NCBI GenBank assembly: GCA_030695905.1
Contig: JAUYOL010000036.1
Span: 54,814-118,813 of the forward strand
Length of the DNA stretch: 64,000 nt
Direction of reading: 5' to 3'
Source of the DNA: Candidatus Omnitrophota bacterium
GTDB lineage: Bacteria > Omnitrophota > Gorgyraeia > 2-01-FULL-45-10
Part shown: positions 40,271-50,019 of the stretch, piece by piece
Numbering within the stretch: position 1 is the first letter of the stretch
How the letters are laid out: the number at the start of each line of letters is the position of its first letter
Made by a program: the position numbers and the translations under genes
Notes under the pieces: model-generated
Seen by the model: only the letters and a program-made list of their open reading frames with translations
What the model was told of the DNA's origin: nothing
The model's database searches: none

Positions 40271-41275
40271 TTATACGACTTCCTTATTGATCATTTTTCT
40301 CATATCCTCTATCGAATACCAGTCTTTATTAGTATCGCTGCTGTAACCATCGAATCCGAAACCCAGTGCACGACCGCTGTCTTTTCCGTTTTTACGCACA
40401 ATTATATACGGATATGTCACGAACTTGTCTTTATACTCATAAGTGTAAATACCGTCATCCTTAGGCACTAATATCTCATGCAGCTTTTCGCCCGGTCGTA
40501 TACCTATTGTTTTTTGCCTGCAGCCGGGGCAAACCGATCTGGCAAGGTCGGTTATTTTAATGCTACGCATCTTAGGAATAAATATCTCTCCACCTTTCAT
40601 CTCTTTTATACTGCTTATAACAAAATTAACACCCTCTTCGAGCGTTATGAAGAACCTGGTCATCCTTGGGTCCGTAATCGGAACTACGCCACTTTTTCTG
40701 CATTCCTTAAAAAACGGCACGGCGCTTCCCCTTGATCCGAGAACGTTGCCGTACCGCACCACGCTGAAAAACGGTTTACCCGTACGGTAGTTATTTGCTG
40801 CTATAAACATCTTTTCTGCACACAATTTTGTAGCTCCATATAGATTGACTGGGTTTGCCGCTTTATCGGTACTAAGCGCGATCACTTTTTTTACGCCGTT
40901 ATCTATCGCTATATTGATAACGTTTTCTGCGCCCATAATATTCGTTTTGACAGCCTCGAAAGGATTAAATTCTGCGTATGGTACGATCTTTAAAGCCGCA
41001 GCATGTACGACTATATCCACGTTATAAAAAGCCCTGTGTAACCTGTCAGGGTCACGCACATCTCCCAGGAAATATCTTATATTCGGATATTTTTCCTGAC
41101 TGTATATCTTGCTCATTTCGAACTGCTTCATCTCATCCCGGCTGAATATTATCAGCTTACACGGCTTGTGGTATTTCAGCACTATTTCGGTGAATTTCTG
41201 ACCGAACGAACCGGTGCCTCCCGTGATTAGAACAATCTTATCTTTAAAAATATCCGCATTCTTCATTTTACGCAT
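40271..41275 (-). CDS. pseB: UDP-GlcNAc 4,6-dehydratase (inverting)
   Basis: GGTGSFG, SRDEMKQ, LSTDKA, YGATK, RYGNV, RPGEKLHE. Confidence 0.95.
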   Translation of the reverse strand: MRKMKNADIFKDKIVLITGGTGSFGQKFTEIVLKYHKPCKLIIFSRDEMKQFEMSKIYSQEKYPNIRYFLGDVRDPDRLHRAFYNVDIVVHAAALKIVPYAEFNPFEAVKTNIMGAENVINIAIDNGVKKVIALSTDKAANPVNLYGATKLCAEKMFIAANNYRTGKPFFSVVRYGNVLGSRGSAVPFFKECRKSGVVPITDPRMTRFFITLEEGVNFVISSIKEMKGGEIFIPKMRSIKITDLARSVCPGCRQKTIGIRPGEKLHEILVPKDDGIYTYEYKDKFVTYPYIIVRKNGKDSGRALGFGFDGYSSDTNKDWYSIEDMRKMINKEVV

Positions 41276-41295
41276 CTCCTTTTAAGCTTTTAATA

Positions 41296-41538
41296 TTAAG
41301 CTTTATCGACGTCTTCATGAACCCATCTGCGCGCTTTATTGTAGGCTTTTCCGACCTTATCTTCCAGTTTGGGCGAGACTAAACGCAAGATCTCTTTACC
41401 AAGTATGCGGTACTGCTTGCCCACTTTAGCAGTCTTAATAATACCTTTTTTGATCAGACGCATCGTGGTGCTCGGACTTATCTTTAAAAGCTGTTGCACT
41501 TCTTCTGTTGTGTATATTTCGTTATCCTTTATCTCCAT
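41296..41538 (-). CDS. Small excisionase/MerR-like (HTH_17, BldC-like) DNA-binding protein
   Basis: YTTEEVQQLLKISPSTTMRLIKKG...KVGKQYRI; AAGGAG RBS at 41546-41551. Confidence 0.88.
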   Translation of the reverse strand: MEIKDNEIYTTEEVQQLLKISPSTTMRLIKKGIIKTAKVGKQYRILGKEILRLVSPKLEDKVGKAYNKARRWVHEDVDKA

Positions 41539-41565
41539 ATTTTTTCTCCTTATGTATTGATACCA

Positions 41566-41593
41566 ATTATACCGATTAAACGGAAAAAGTCAA
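41566..41593 (-). promoter_or_regulatory. Sigma70-type promoter
   Basis: TTGACT (41593-41588), 16-nt spacer, TATAAT (41571-41566), in the only sizeable intergenic gap. Confidence 0.75.
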
Positions 41594-41605
41594 CAGCAAT
41601 CTATA

Positions 41606-41632
41606 GTAGTCATTGGTAGTCATTGGTAGTCA
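41606..41632. repeat. 10-bp tandem direct repeat, 2.7 copies of GTAGTCATTG
   Basis: gtagtcattg gtagtcattg gtagtca read directly; just upstream of the -35 box. Confidence 0.9.
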
Positions 41633-41657
41633 AAAAGCTGTGCTCTTTTGGGTGTTT

Positions 41658-42389
41658 TCAGCTGTATTTGCGAGATAAGGCGGTTAGCTTTATTATCAGT
41701 ATGCTTATGAAGGATTTTATTGCATCCTTTACTGGCTTTACTTTAGACTCGCTCTTGTGGATCCATCTAACGGGTACCTCTTTTATCTTAAGGCCGTATT
41801 TATTTAACAAAAACAGCAGCTCAACATCAAAGCTCCAGTCATTCATTTTTTGTAACTCGAATATACGGTAGGTGGTTCTTGTGTTATAAACCTTAAATCC
41901 GCAATTAAAATCGCTTAAGTTTAATCCAAGTATGAGCCGCGCCAGAAAAATATAAAATTGGCCCATCTTTGCCCTAAAAAAAGGCTGCGGCTCTTCCACA
42001 TTGGAAGTTTTAAGCCTTCTCGATGCTATGACGGCATCATATCCCTCTTTAAGATAAGGCAGGAATTTGTCAAATTCATAAATAGATGTAGAATTGTCGG
42101 CATCCATGAATAGCGCGTACTCTCCTTTAGCGAAAAGAATCCCCCTCTTTACTGAATACCCCTTACCTTTATTGGCGTCGTTCTTAAGGACTTTGAAATC
42201 GCTGAAAAGATTCGAGCAAGTTTGAGTATTTTCAAAAGTCTTGTCCTTGGATCCGTCGTCTATGACAATTATTTCATATGAAAATTTTTTTTTATTTAAA
42301 TAACCCGATATCTCTTCAAGCGTCGTCCGGATATTTTTCTCTTCATTGTATGCAGGTATGACGACTGTTAAAAGAATGTCCTGGTTCAC
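41658..42389 (-). CDS. Polyprenol-phosphate glycosyltransferase (GT2, Alg5-like)
   Basis: IPAYNEE, NKGKG, DAD, DFNCGFK, FDVE. GTG start at 42389 after GGAGG. Confidence 0.9.
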   Translation of the reverse strand: MNQDILLTVVIPAYNEEKNIRTTLEEISGYLNKKKFSYEIIVIDDGSKDKTFENTQTCSNLFSDFKVLKNDANKGKGYSVKRGILFAKGEYALFMDADNSTSIYEFDKFLPYLKEGYDAVIASRRLKTSNVEEPQPFFRAKMGQFYIFLARLILGLNLSDFNCGFKVYNTRTTYRIFELQKMNDWSFDVELLFLLNKYGLKIKEVPVRWIHKSESKVKPVKDAIKSFISILIIKLTALSRKYS

Positions 42390-44064
42390 TTTGCGCCTCC
42401 TTTTTTGTAAAATCATAGATAAATATGGAATGACCGGCTGTTGCGGTCGGTTTATGTTCCTTCGCCCACTTAGCATGCTCTAAATATTGGGCGCTTATCG
42501 CATATATATTATTTCCCGGTACCTCAAATTCGTCGGGCGTAAACTTTCGATAATGAACGCCATAAACAGCCGGGTCTGCCTGGCCGAAATATTCTAACAC
42601 TACCTCTTTTACACTATTTTTTTCCATATACCGTGATAGCGACGGCAGGTCCTGTCCCCAATCAACATTTGAATCTCTAATATATTTATATCCGTTTGCC
42701 GGGCCTCCAACAGCTTCATTAAAGTAGCCCAGATAATGCGGCCATGCCGTGAAGGCCGAAAAGGCGTACCAGACAATCAATAGCGCCATGGCAATAACCG
42801 CGGCTTTATTCTTCAGGAACTCCACGCTTCTGCCCGCTATCATAAAACAGAAAGGATATACCGGCAATATGTGCCGCAACCCCAGCTTCAATCCGCTTAG
42901 AGACGATACTGCCAGGAATATGACAGTAAAGATAAGGATAAACCTTTCGCCCATGCCGAGCCTGCGCCTTAATAATGCCATAAGGCCGGCCAATAATAGT
43001 ATTATTGCCGCGATGGGCGTCTTTATCAGGAACGCCGTGACAAAATATAGCGGGCTTCCGTGGGCCGACCATCTTCCCAGGAAAAAAGTATTGTGGCCCT
43101 CCTGGCCGTGGCGCAGGACCCCTATTATACCGAGCATGTGTGACGGCAATGGCACCGGAACTTTCAGTAAAATATCGTCCAGTCTGCGAATGGCCTCGGG
43201 TCCCGCGGCCGGGAATATCTTCTTGGCGATACTGTGCGCGATCTGGAGCTTTTCGTCTACTCGCATCGCATCCTTCAATAATGGCTGAAACTCAAAGCCG
43301 TACCCGGCCCAAATAACTATTAAAGACAATAGAACTATAATAAAGAAGTTTAAAAGAGCGAGATTGCTTCGTCGTTTCGCTCCTCGCAATGACAGTTTTT
43401 CAGCAATCCCGAATAATTCAAGAAGTGGAATTAATAGAAATACCGGATAGAGCAGGATGGCCGTATACTTGGACAATTGCGCCAGGCCAAGGGCAAGGCC
43501 CGCCAATACAGCGTTCTTCATGGAGGGCTCTTTCAAAAATAGCCAGAATGTATAACACGATAGCAGGATAAAGAAAGCGGCTATCATATCCGTAGTGGCA
43601 AGACCGGAATGCGCCAGCATCTCAGGAGATGAGGAGTAGAGGAACAGGCTCAATAAAGCCGCCTTCTCACCCCAAAGCGCCTTTGCCCACACGAACAATA
43701 ATAGGCCGCATAATACACCCACAAGCACCACTGGCAGCCTGGCGGCCCATACGATCGCGACCTGTCCTGCATTGTACTTATAGAAAAAATCCCTGCCGAA
43801 AACAGAACGATCCGCCGCTCGCCATACAGCCTTGTCGTCAGGCATGTCTATATTCATGAATAACTTCAGGGGCAATGCCACTATGTATCGCGGCAGCGGC
43901 GGCTGCGATGTATCCATCTTGAAATCGGCCTTTGTCAATAAAACATACCCCACGGGTATATGATGGGCGATCTCATCGCATGTTGCGGAATTCTGCCGCA
44001 TACTTGATATAGTTAAAACAGCAAATACCAAAAGTAGAATTATTACAGGTATTTTTGTCTTCAT
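42343..44064 (-). CDS. GT-C (PMT/ArnT-like) membrane glycosyltransferase
   Basis: TCDE, QPPL, ATTD, SKY, GLRHILP, DSNVDWGQD. Confidence 0.82.
   Translation of the reverse strand: MKTKIPVIILLLVFAVLTISSMRQNSATCDEIAHHIPVGYVLLTKADFKMDTSQPPLPRYIVALPLKLFMNIDMPDDKAVWRAADRSVFGRDFFYKYNAGQVAIVWAARLPVVLVGVLCGLLLFVWAKALWGEKAALLSLFLYSSSPEMLAHSGLATTDMIAAFFILLSCYTFWLFLKEPSMKNAVLAGLALGLAQLSKYTAILLYPVFLLIPLLELFGIAEKLSLRGAKRRSNLALLNFFIIVLLSLIVIWAGYGFEFQPLLKDAMRVDEKLQIAHSIAKKIFPAAGPEAIRRLDDILLKVPVPLPSHMLGIIGVLRHGQEGHNTFFLGRWSAHGSPLYFVTAFLIKTPIAAIILLLAGLMALLRRRLGMGERFILIFTVIFLAVSSLSGLKLGLRHILPVYPFCFMIAGRSVEFLKNKAAVIAMALLIVWYAFSAFTAWPHYLGYFNEAVGGPANGYKYIRDSNVDWGQDLPSLSRYMEKNSVKEVVLEYFGQADPAVYGVHYRKFTPDEFEVPGNNIYAISAQYLEHAKWAKEHKPTATAGHSIFIYDFTKKEAQSEPGHSFNSRHTCIQ
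43360..43394. repeat. Single arm of a REP/RPE-like palindromic element inside a CDS
   Basis: gagattgcttcgtcgtttcgctcctcgcaatgaca, read on the minus strand as SLRGAKRRSNL; resembles the widespread GTCATTGCGAG...GCAATCT repeat arm (from memory). Confidence 0.6.
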
Positions 44065-46244
44065 CTTTTAAATAAAGAAAATTGTGGTTTGTACACAAAA
44101 ATAACTTTATGATGCCCCTTGCCTACAGCAACGGCCTGCAGGATATCCTTAACTCTTACCATATCCTTCTCTATACCGTCGACAAATGCGTGCCATCCGG
44201 GATAGTAATTTTCAGAAAATACAACAAACCCATCGTCATATGCCGTGACCTCAGCTTCGATATATCCGTTTTTGTATGTTAATATTTTAACGGCCGCTAA
44301 AGGCGACTGTCTTACGTCTGAGACTATGCTTGCGGTAAAGAACAGCCGCGGGAAAAAATCCCTCATCCTGTAAAGAAATACGCCGTTATCCGTATAAACT
44401 TTTTCCAGCCCCCGGTCCTCCAGTTCTTTTTGCGCTATTATGTATTTAACGTTAAGCAGCCGCAACGTGTCCGCACCGGTCTTTATCGCGTCGTCTGCGG
44501 CATCCGCATAACCGAGAGAATCATCTATAGCCCCCAGAGCGAGAAACTTATCCCTATACACCTTGGTCACGAGCGGGGTGTAGCACGCAACGCTGTCTAT
44601 GCCATATGCGATATTCGCGTTGGCTATAGACCAGTTAGGTAATTTCCCTGGCCTAGAATCAAATGGAAGGATCCTGTAAATATCGCGATCCTTCTTAAGG
44701 TATTCCAGAAGGCCGTTATTATCCGGTGCCAGGCTCAAAAACGGCTTTATGTTCTGGCTGAAGCCTTTTCCGTAAAAACTGAATATAAATATATCGACAA
44801 ATATCAAAGCAACAGCTATATATTTCGACCTTTTACGTAAAGGCATCAGGCAGAACAATAATGCCGCTATAAGGATCGCCCATGACAAAATAACAAAAAT
44901 GCTTGAGAAAGAAAAACCGCCCAAAACCGCGTCATATGAAATCTTAAACTTATCTATATAGTATTCCAGGCCGTAACGGTGATGCGGCTTATTGTAGATA
45001 AAATTGCGCACAAAATAATCCCCGAAACTAATAATGTTGGTCTTGAACAGGGCCAATAAAAATTTTACTGCAAAAAATGCGCATCCCGCCGCGGATAACA
45101 CCAGTAAAAATACAAAATTGGTTTTTCGCCTGGCTGCGGTGTCATCATCGTTAAAGTACCGGGTCAGCCCTATCCCGGCCAGGACCGCCAAGGAAAAAGA
45201 CCCGAAGAACAAGAATTTGGACGGGTTCCTGAAGATGTATAACTTCGTGATCTTGATCAATGCAAAATATACAGGATTATATCTCCCGAGAGCCAGGAAC
45301 ACTGATAATATCAGGAGCAATACAAGCGGCCTTGCTGACCTGTCTTTTTTCAACGAATAAAGACAGGATACGACAAATAGAAGGCTCAATATCCCCACAT
45401 AAAGATCGCCTTTAAAGGCGAAGGAATAAGGAAATACGGTCCCCAGCAGCCCCGAAGGAAAGACCGAGCCCCATAGCGCAAAGGCCGCCGTTGCGCCCTC
45501 TCTATTGGATAATCCGGCCAATTGGTAAGTAAGTACAAGCTGAGGCAACGCTATCAAAATAGCTGTAGCAAAAAATCCGGCTAAAGAGGCTGTGATCCTT
45601 ACCGCACCTTTTTTCTCTATCATCGCCTTATAAATAAAATACGCCAGATAGAAAAAAGCGCTGTATGCGGCCATCTGCACGAATCCCGCGAGAAACTGCA
45701 GCCCCAGTATTACGCCGCCTAAAAATAAATATTTCAGTTCTTTTTTATCAAAATGGTTCTCTATGAACAGCAGAACCAGCGGAAACCACGCCAGGGTCCG
45801 TAGCGTGACTATATTGTAGAAACACCCGGTATAAGCGCTCCCAAAACAGAAAAGTAAGGCTGCGAGGCTGCCTCCGGATTGATCCGTGCCCAATTTGCGG
45901 CTGTATAGATAGGTAAAAATACCTCCCATTATGAAGTGTAGGATTACCGAATAATTATATGCGATCTTGAACGGCAGGGCAAAAAATAGCACTATATTGA
46001 GCGGATAAAAACCGCCCACCTGCCCTTCGGCCATAAGAGGAAATCCGCTGCCCATTGCCTTTATCCAATAAGGGAACGAAAAGGATTTTATTGATTCCGC
46101 ATAGCACTTCGACCAGGGGTAGAATTGAACAAATGAATCTCCCCATATAAATCCTCCCCGCATGGTTATTAGAGGATACAAAAATACCGCTATCGTGAAA
46201 GAAAAAAACGCGATAAATCCTAAGTGGTTTTTAAGTATTCTCAT
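44061..46244 (-). CDS. YfhO-family membrane protein (predicted GT-C)
   Basis: DSFVQFYP, GFYP, RNPSKF, LNVKY, SENYYPGW, GHHKV. Start at the ATGA overlap 46244. Confidence 0.85.
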   Translation of the reverse strand: MRILKNHLGFIAFFSFTIAVFLYPLITMRGGFIWGDSFVQFYPWSKCYAESIKSFSFPYWIKAMGSGFPLMAEGQVGGFYPLNIVLFFALPFKIAYNYSVILHFIMGGIFTYLYSRKLGTDQSGGSLAALLFCFGSAYTGCFYNIVTLRTLAWFPLVLLFIENHFDKKELKYLFLGGVILGLQFLAGFVQMAAYSAFFYLAYFIYKAMIEKKGAVRITASLAGFFATAILIALPQLVLTYQLAGLSNREGATAAFALWGSVFPSGLLGTVFPYSFAFKGDLYVGILSLLFVVSCLYSLKKDRSARPLVLLLILSVFLALGRYNPVYFALIKITKLYIFRNPSKFLFFGSFSLAVLAGIGLTRYFNDDDTAARRKTNFVFLLVLSAAGCAFFAVKFLLALFKTNIISFGDYFVRNFIYNKPHHRYGLEYYIDKFKISYDAVLGGFSFSSIFVILSWAILIAALLFCLMPLRKRSKYIAVALIFVDIFIFSFYGKGFSQNIKPFLSLAPDNNGLLEYLKKDRDIYRILPFDSRPGKLPNWSIANANIAYGIDSVACYTPLVTKVYRDKFLALGAIDDSLGYADAADDAIKTGADTLRLLNVKYIIAQKELEDRGLEKVYTDNGVFLYRMRDFFPRLFFTASIVSDVRQSPLAAVKILTYKNGYIEAEVTAYDDGFVVFSENYYPGWHAFVDGIEKDMVRVKDILQAVAVGKGHHKVIFVYKPQFSLFKR

Positions 46245-47926
46245 CTTGCACTGTATATTACCAGATATGGCCCTGCGGCGCGCCTTGAGAAAAGCTCTCT
46301 TGTGCCCGCGGGCACGCATGTCAACTCTGTCGTATCATATGGAAGCCTGAATTTATCATCTTTATAAGGACTGAATACGGCAACCACCTTTAATATGCCG
46401 TCTGCTTCATCATGCAGCCCCTTTATCGCTTCGGATGGATCCATATTATTGAACACTATATAACCGATGTCGTTTTTCTTTATATCGTCCATCGAATTCT
46501 CTACCATCGGCCATAAATTCAAGAATTGGCCTGGCGCCTCGTTATCGCCCCTTAAATAATATACCCGATATGTCTTGGGGGCTTTACGGCCCTTTATAAG
46601 AAGCTCCAGTTTTCTGCGCTTCAATTCCTTCAGCTCGGGCTGTCCGGAAACTATGCCCTCTTTTTCTATCAGCTGCTCCGTTATCTGTTGCAGCGGAGGG
46701 CTGAAGAAGGTGTGGGCAAGGGCTATGCGCGTACCCGCTTCTATATTCTTTTCTATCCATTCCTTTGCCTCTATGCGCGTATCCTTACTTGTAAAAAGCA
46801 GGTCTGCCTTGATAGACTTGGCCGTTGTCGGTATTATCAGCGCCAATGAGGCCGCGACGATGGCGGCCTTTAATGCCTTCGTTCTTATCTTTTCGTATGA
46901 TCCGAATAGTAAAAAAGATAGGCCTATTGCCAGAAAAGGAATTATCGGCAAGGCGTACCTCGGAAAAGGCTGGCTCTTGAAAACAAGATGTATGTAGAAA
47001 AACGCCGGAAAGGAAAGAAGAAAAACCGCTTTTTTAAAATCTTTCTTCAAAAACCACACTAACCCAGCAACCCCTAAAATAGTAGGAATCACGCCCAGTC
47101 CTTCGAATAATGAATATGTAAGATGGTAACTAAGGCCCCTGTACCCGCCCCTGATCCTGTGTGTCAAGGACTCCAGAAAGAACCTGCTATCCAGGACAGA
47201 GTACGGGTTGCATATGATAAAAGTTGCTATTGCCGCGGCGGCGAATAAAGCAAGGTCGGGGACAGCGGAACTTGCGCGTTCCGGCGCGCGCCGTCTTATA
47301 AAATGAGCGGCCAAAAAAGGCGCCCCAAGCAATACGGCATTATATTTAGTGGCCGTTGCTATCCCTATAAGCACCCCGGCGATAATATAATTCATCCTAC
47401 GCGGATCGCTTATAAGCCTCTCCAACTGAAGATACGCGGCCAATATAAAGAGTGCCAAAAGATTATCGGTATAGGCGTAATGAGCGTTGACGACGTTCAG
47501 GAACGCCAGGGCCATTACGAACGCCGCGTAAATAGCTACTCTGTTTGAAAATAATCTCGCGGCCAGCCTGTAAGTAAGATATATACACAAGATACCTGGT
47601 AATGTCCCCAGGACCACCCTTCCTATGATATAAAATATCGTCGGGTCGTTGAAAAAACTGAGGGCAAAACTTTCCGCTCCTTTGAATATACCGCAGGCGC
47701 TGCCCGCTAAAAAATAAATTATATAACAGCCGAACAAAATATAGGAGGCAATCGGAGGGATTATAAAAAAATGCGGGTTCAGGTCACCGGTACCATAGGC
47801 AAGCGCATGATTAACTATTATCGGCTCGTCCTGGTGGAATTGATACGGAAGGCCAAAATTTAATCCCCAAAGACGGAGAATAGTGCCTATGCCTATGATA
47901 ATCAATAACGGAAAATATTTTTTCAT
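46241..47926 (-). CDS. GT-C (PMT/ArnT-like) membrane glycosyltransferase
   Basis: GLPYQFHQDE, NPHFF, TD, ATKY, PRYALP. Confidence 0.82.
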   Translation of the reverse strand: MKKYFPLLIIIGIGTILRLWGLNFGLPYQFHQDEPIIVNHALAYGTGDLNPHFFIIPPIASYILFGCYIIYFLAGSACGIFKGAESFALSFFNDPTIFYIIGRVVLGTLPGILCIYLTYRLAARLFSNRVAIYAAFVMALAFLNVVNAHYAYTDNLLALFILAAYLQLERLISDPRRMNYIIAGVLIGIATATKYNAVLLGAPFLAAHFIRRRAPERASSAVPDLALFAAAAIATFIICNPYSVLDSRFFLESLTHRIRGGYRGLSYHLTYSLFEGLGVIPTILGVAGLVWFLKKDFKKAVFLLSFPAFFYIHLVFKSQPFPRYALPIIPFLAIGLSFLLFGSYEKIRTKALKAAIVAASLALIIPTTAKSIKADLLFTSKDTRIEAKEWIEKNIEAGTRIALAHTFFSPPLQQITEQLIEKEGIVSGQPELKELKRRKLELLIKGRKAPKTYRVYYLRGDNEAPGQFLNLWPMVENSMDDIKKNDIGYIVFNNMDPSEAIKGLHDEADGILKVVAVFSPYKDDKFRLPYDTTELTCVPAGTRELFSRRAAGPYLVIYSAR

Positions 47927-48636
47927 CCGTTCCGTCTCTTAATCTTAAAAAGATCGATAAACATCGCAAGAGAACTATTAATAACCCGTACCTTGCTTTG
48001 TGGCGAGTTCTCCCAGATAATTCCAGTTTCCGCTATACGATAGCCTTTTTTCCCGGCAAGATAAAGCATCTCAACATCGAAACAAAAACCGTTTACTGTA
48101 AGCTCTTTCCCCAGCTCTCTTGCTACATTACCCTTAAAAAGCTTAAAACCACACTGAGTGTCATTGAACCCCTTTATCAACAACATATTGACCAGGAAAT
48201 TAAATATTCTGCCCATCCACTCCCTATAAAAAGGCTGATGAACTTTTACGTCGGCTCCGGCTATGCTGCGCGAACCGATCACTATGTCACACCCCTTTTT
48301 GATATAGCTAAAAAGCTTATCGGCCTCTTCGATTGGCGTGGATAGATCGGCGTCGCTGAAAAGTATATATTCTCCGGAACTGTTCAGAATACCGTTCTTT
48401 ACGGAAAACCCCTTACCTTTATTTGTGCCGTTATTGATTATCTTTAATTTGGCGATCTTGGCGAGTTCGCTATCCTGCGCCCGAATAACGGTATTATCGC
48501 TGCTTCCATCATCTACAAGGATAACTTCCCAGTCGTAATCTTTTGTTCTCAAAAATTCATAGACCTTAGAAAGAGTCGGCCCTATCCTGCCCTCTTCGTT
48601 ATAAGCCGGTATTATTACCGATAAATAAACAGACAT
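47923..48636 (-). CDS. Polyprenol-phosphate glycosyltransferase (GT2, Alg5-like)
   Basis: IPAYNEE, GKG, DADLSTP, DTQCGFK, FDVE. Confidence 0.92.
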   Translation of the reverse strand: MSVYLSVIIPAYNEEGRIGPTLSKVYEFLRTKDYDWEVILVDDGSSDNTVIRAQDSELAKIAKLKIINNGTNKGKGFSVKNGILNSSGEYILFSDADLSTPIEEADKLFSYIKKGCDIVIGSRSIAGADVKVHQPFYREWMGRIFNFLVNMLLIKGFNDTQCGFKLFKGNVARELGKELTVNGFCFDVEMLYLAGKKGYRIAETGIIWENSPQSKVRVINSSLAMFIDLFKIKRRNG

Positions 48637-48638
48637 TC

Positions 48639-50012
48639 TTATTTCCTGTCCTTAAATGTTATTTTGTAAAACAATGTTCTTTCTGACTCATAAATAGGCT
48701 CGTAATCGAAATTATATTCTTCTTTTTTCTCCTTAAATATGTCCGGCAGTATTATACAATAAATCTCCTTTTTGCCCTGTGATATAAGAGACTGATATAC
48801 GCTTTTGTCCAACTCCCTGGTGAAGTCATAATAAAATATTTCAGAATCGTTTCCGCTGATCATATATATATCATTCCCGGCTTTATGCAGCTCCATGCCC
48901 AGCGCTGAAACTTTTTTTATATCAGGAGTATATTCCAGCTTAAATGCCCACGATAGCGGGATCTGGGCCAACATCCCTGCAAGGATGACAATAAGCGCTA
49001 CATATAGCAGCTTCTTTGTTAAAAATCTCTTCAGTAAAAAAGCGGACAGTAACGCAAGGGCCGGATATATAGGCATTATATACCATTGCAACTTAGTCCT
49101 TACCGCGCTGTACAGAAATAACGTAACAAGCACCCAGCTTAATAAAAATACCAGCCTTTTGTCCCTGTCTTTAAAACATCCATAAGCCGCGTAAAAAACA
49201 GACGCAAATATCATTATCGACCACGGCATGTTTTTCTTAAAGATTACCCTTATATAGTAATCAAGCCCTCCTTTGTGGCCTTCGAGCACGGAAGTCGCCC
49301 TCTGAAATATATGAAAACCAAAATATCCCTTTAGGGCAGCGGGCCCTGTCAGTAGAAATTGCGCCAGGTGCCATATAAAAATAACTGAAAAAGCGACCGC
49401 TGTGCCAAGCAGGAACTGCCGCCTGAGTACCAGGCGAATATCTTTAGACAATACGGCATAAACAATAATCACCAATAAAGGTAAAAATGCCGCGAAGCCT
49501 TTCAGCAAATACGAAACACAGAGTATCGCCCCGGAATAAAACAGATACTTTTCCTTCTGGGCTCCCAGCCAAAAAAGATAAAGTGTCAGCAGGGTAAAGA
49601 AAGCCACCGGCACATCCATCATCCCCATCTTGGAAAAATGGATATAATGAGGGAATGCCAGAAGTATAAGGGCCGATAAAAGCCCCGTCATTTTATCCGC
49701 GAGCTTCTTCCCGAAAAGATACAGTAGTAAAACAGATGCTACGCCCAAAATGCCGGAGGTCAACCTCGTGGAAAATTCACTCACTCCGAATATCTTATAA
49801 AAAACAGCCGTGCACCACATGTATAGAGGCGGCTTGTCAAACCACAGCTTTTCACCCTGGCGCATTACCAGCCAATCGCCTGTCTTGACGATATTCCTCG
49901 ATATGTTGGCATAAATCGCTTCATCAAATGTTGAAAGGCTCCCCGTGCCTATGTTGCCCAGAATATAAACAGAGGCAAATATAAGAAGCAGCCAGAATAT
50001 ATTGTCTTTCAT
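48639..50012 (-). CDS. ArnT-family (GT83) glycosyltransferase
   Basis: DEAIY, FDKPPL, RL, MMD, KG, KLQWYIMP. Confidence 0.88.
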   Translation of the reverse strand: MKDNIFWLLLIFASVYILGNIGTGSLSTFDEAIYANISRNIVKTGDWLVMRQGEKLWFDKPPLYMWCTAVFYKIFGVSEFSTRLTSGILGVASVLLLYLFGKKLADKMTGLLSALILLAFPHYIHFSKMGMMDVPVAFFTLLTLYLFWLGAQKEKYLFYSGAILCVSYLLKGFAAFLPLLVIIVYAVLSKDIRLVLRRQFLLGTAVAFSVIFIWHLAQFLLTGPAALKGYFGFHIFQRATSVLEGHKGGLDYYIRVIFKKNMPWSIMIFASVFYAAYGCFKDRDKRLVFLLSWVLVTLFLYSAVRTKLQWYIMPIYPALALLSAFLLKRFLTKKLLYVALIVILAGMLAQIPLSWAFKLEYTPDIKKVSALGMELHKAGNDIYMISGNDSEIFYYDFTRELDKSVYQSLISQGKKEIYCIILPDIFKEKKEEYNFDYEPIYESERTLFYKITFKDRK

Positions 50013-50019
50013 AATAGTC

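Noticed and set aside
41296-41538. HTH gene as a prophage or ICE excisionase
   Set aside because: No integrase, att site or phage genes nearby; it heads the pse operon.
41556-41567. ATTG-N4-CAAT palindrome near the predicted transcription start
   Set aside because: Only 4-bp arms in AT-rich DNA; expected by chance.
41606-41632. Tandem repeat as a CRISPR array
   Set aside because: 10-bp units with no spacers and no cas genes.
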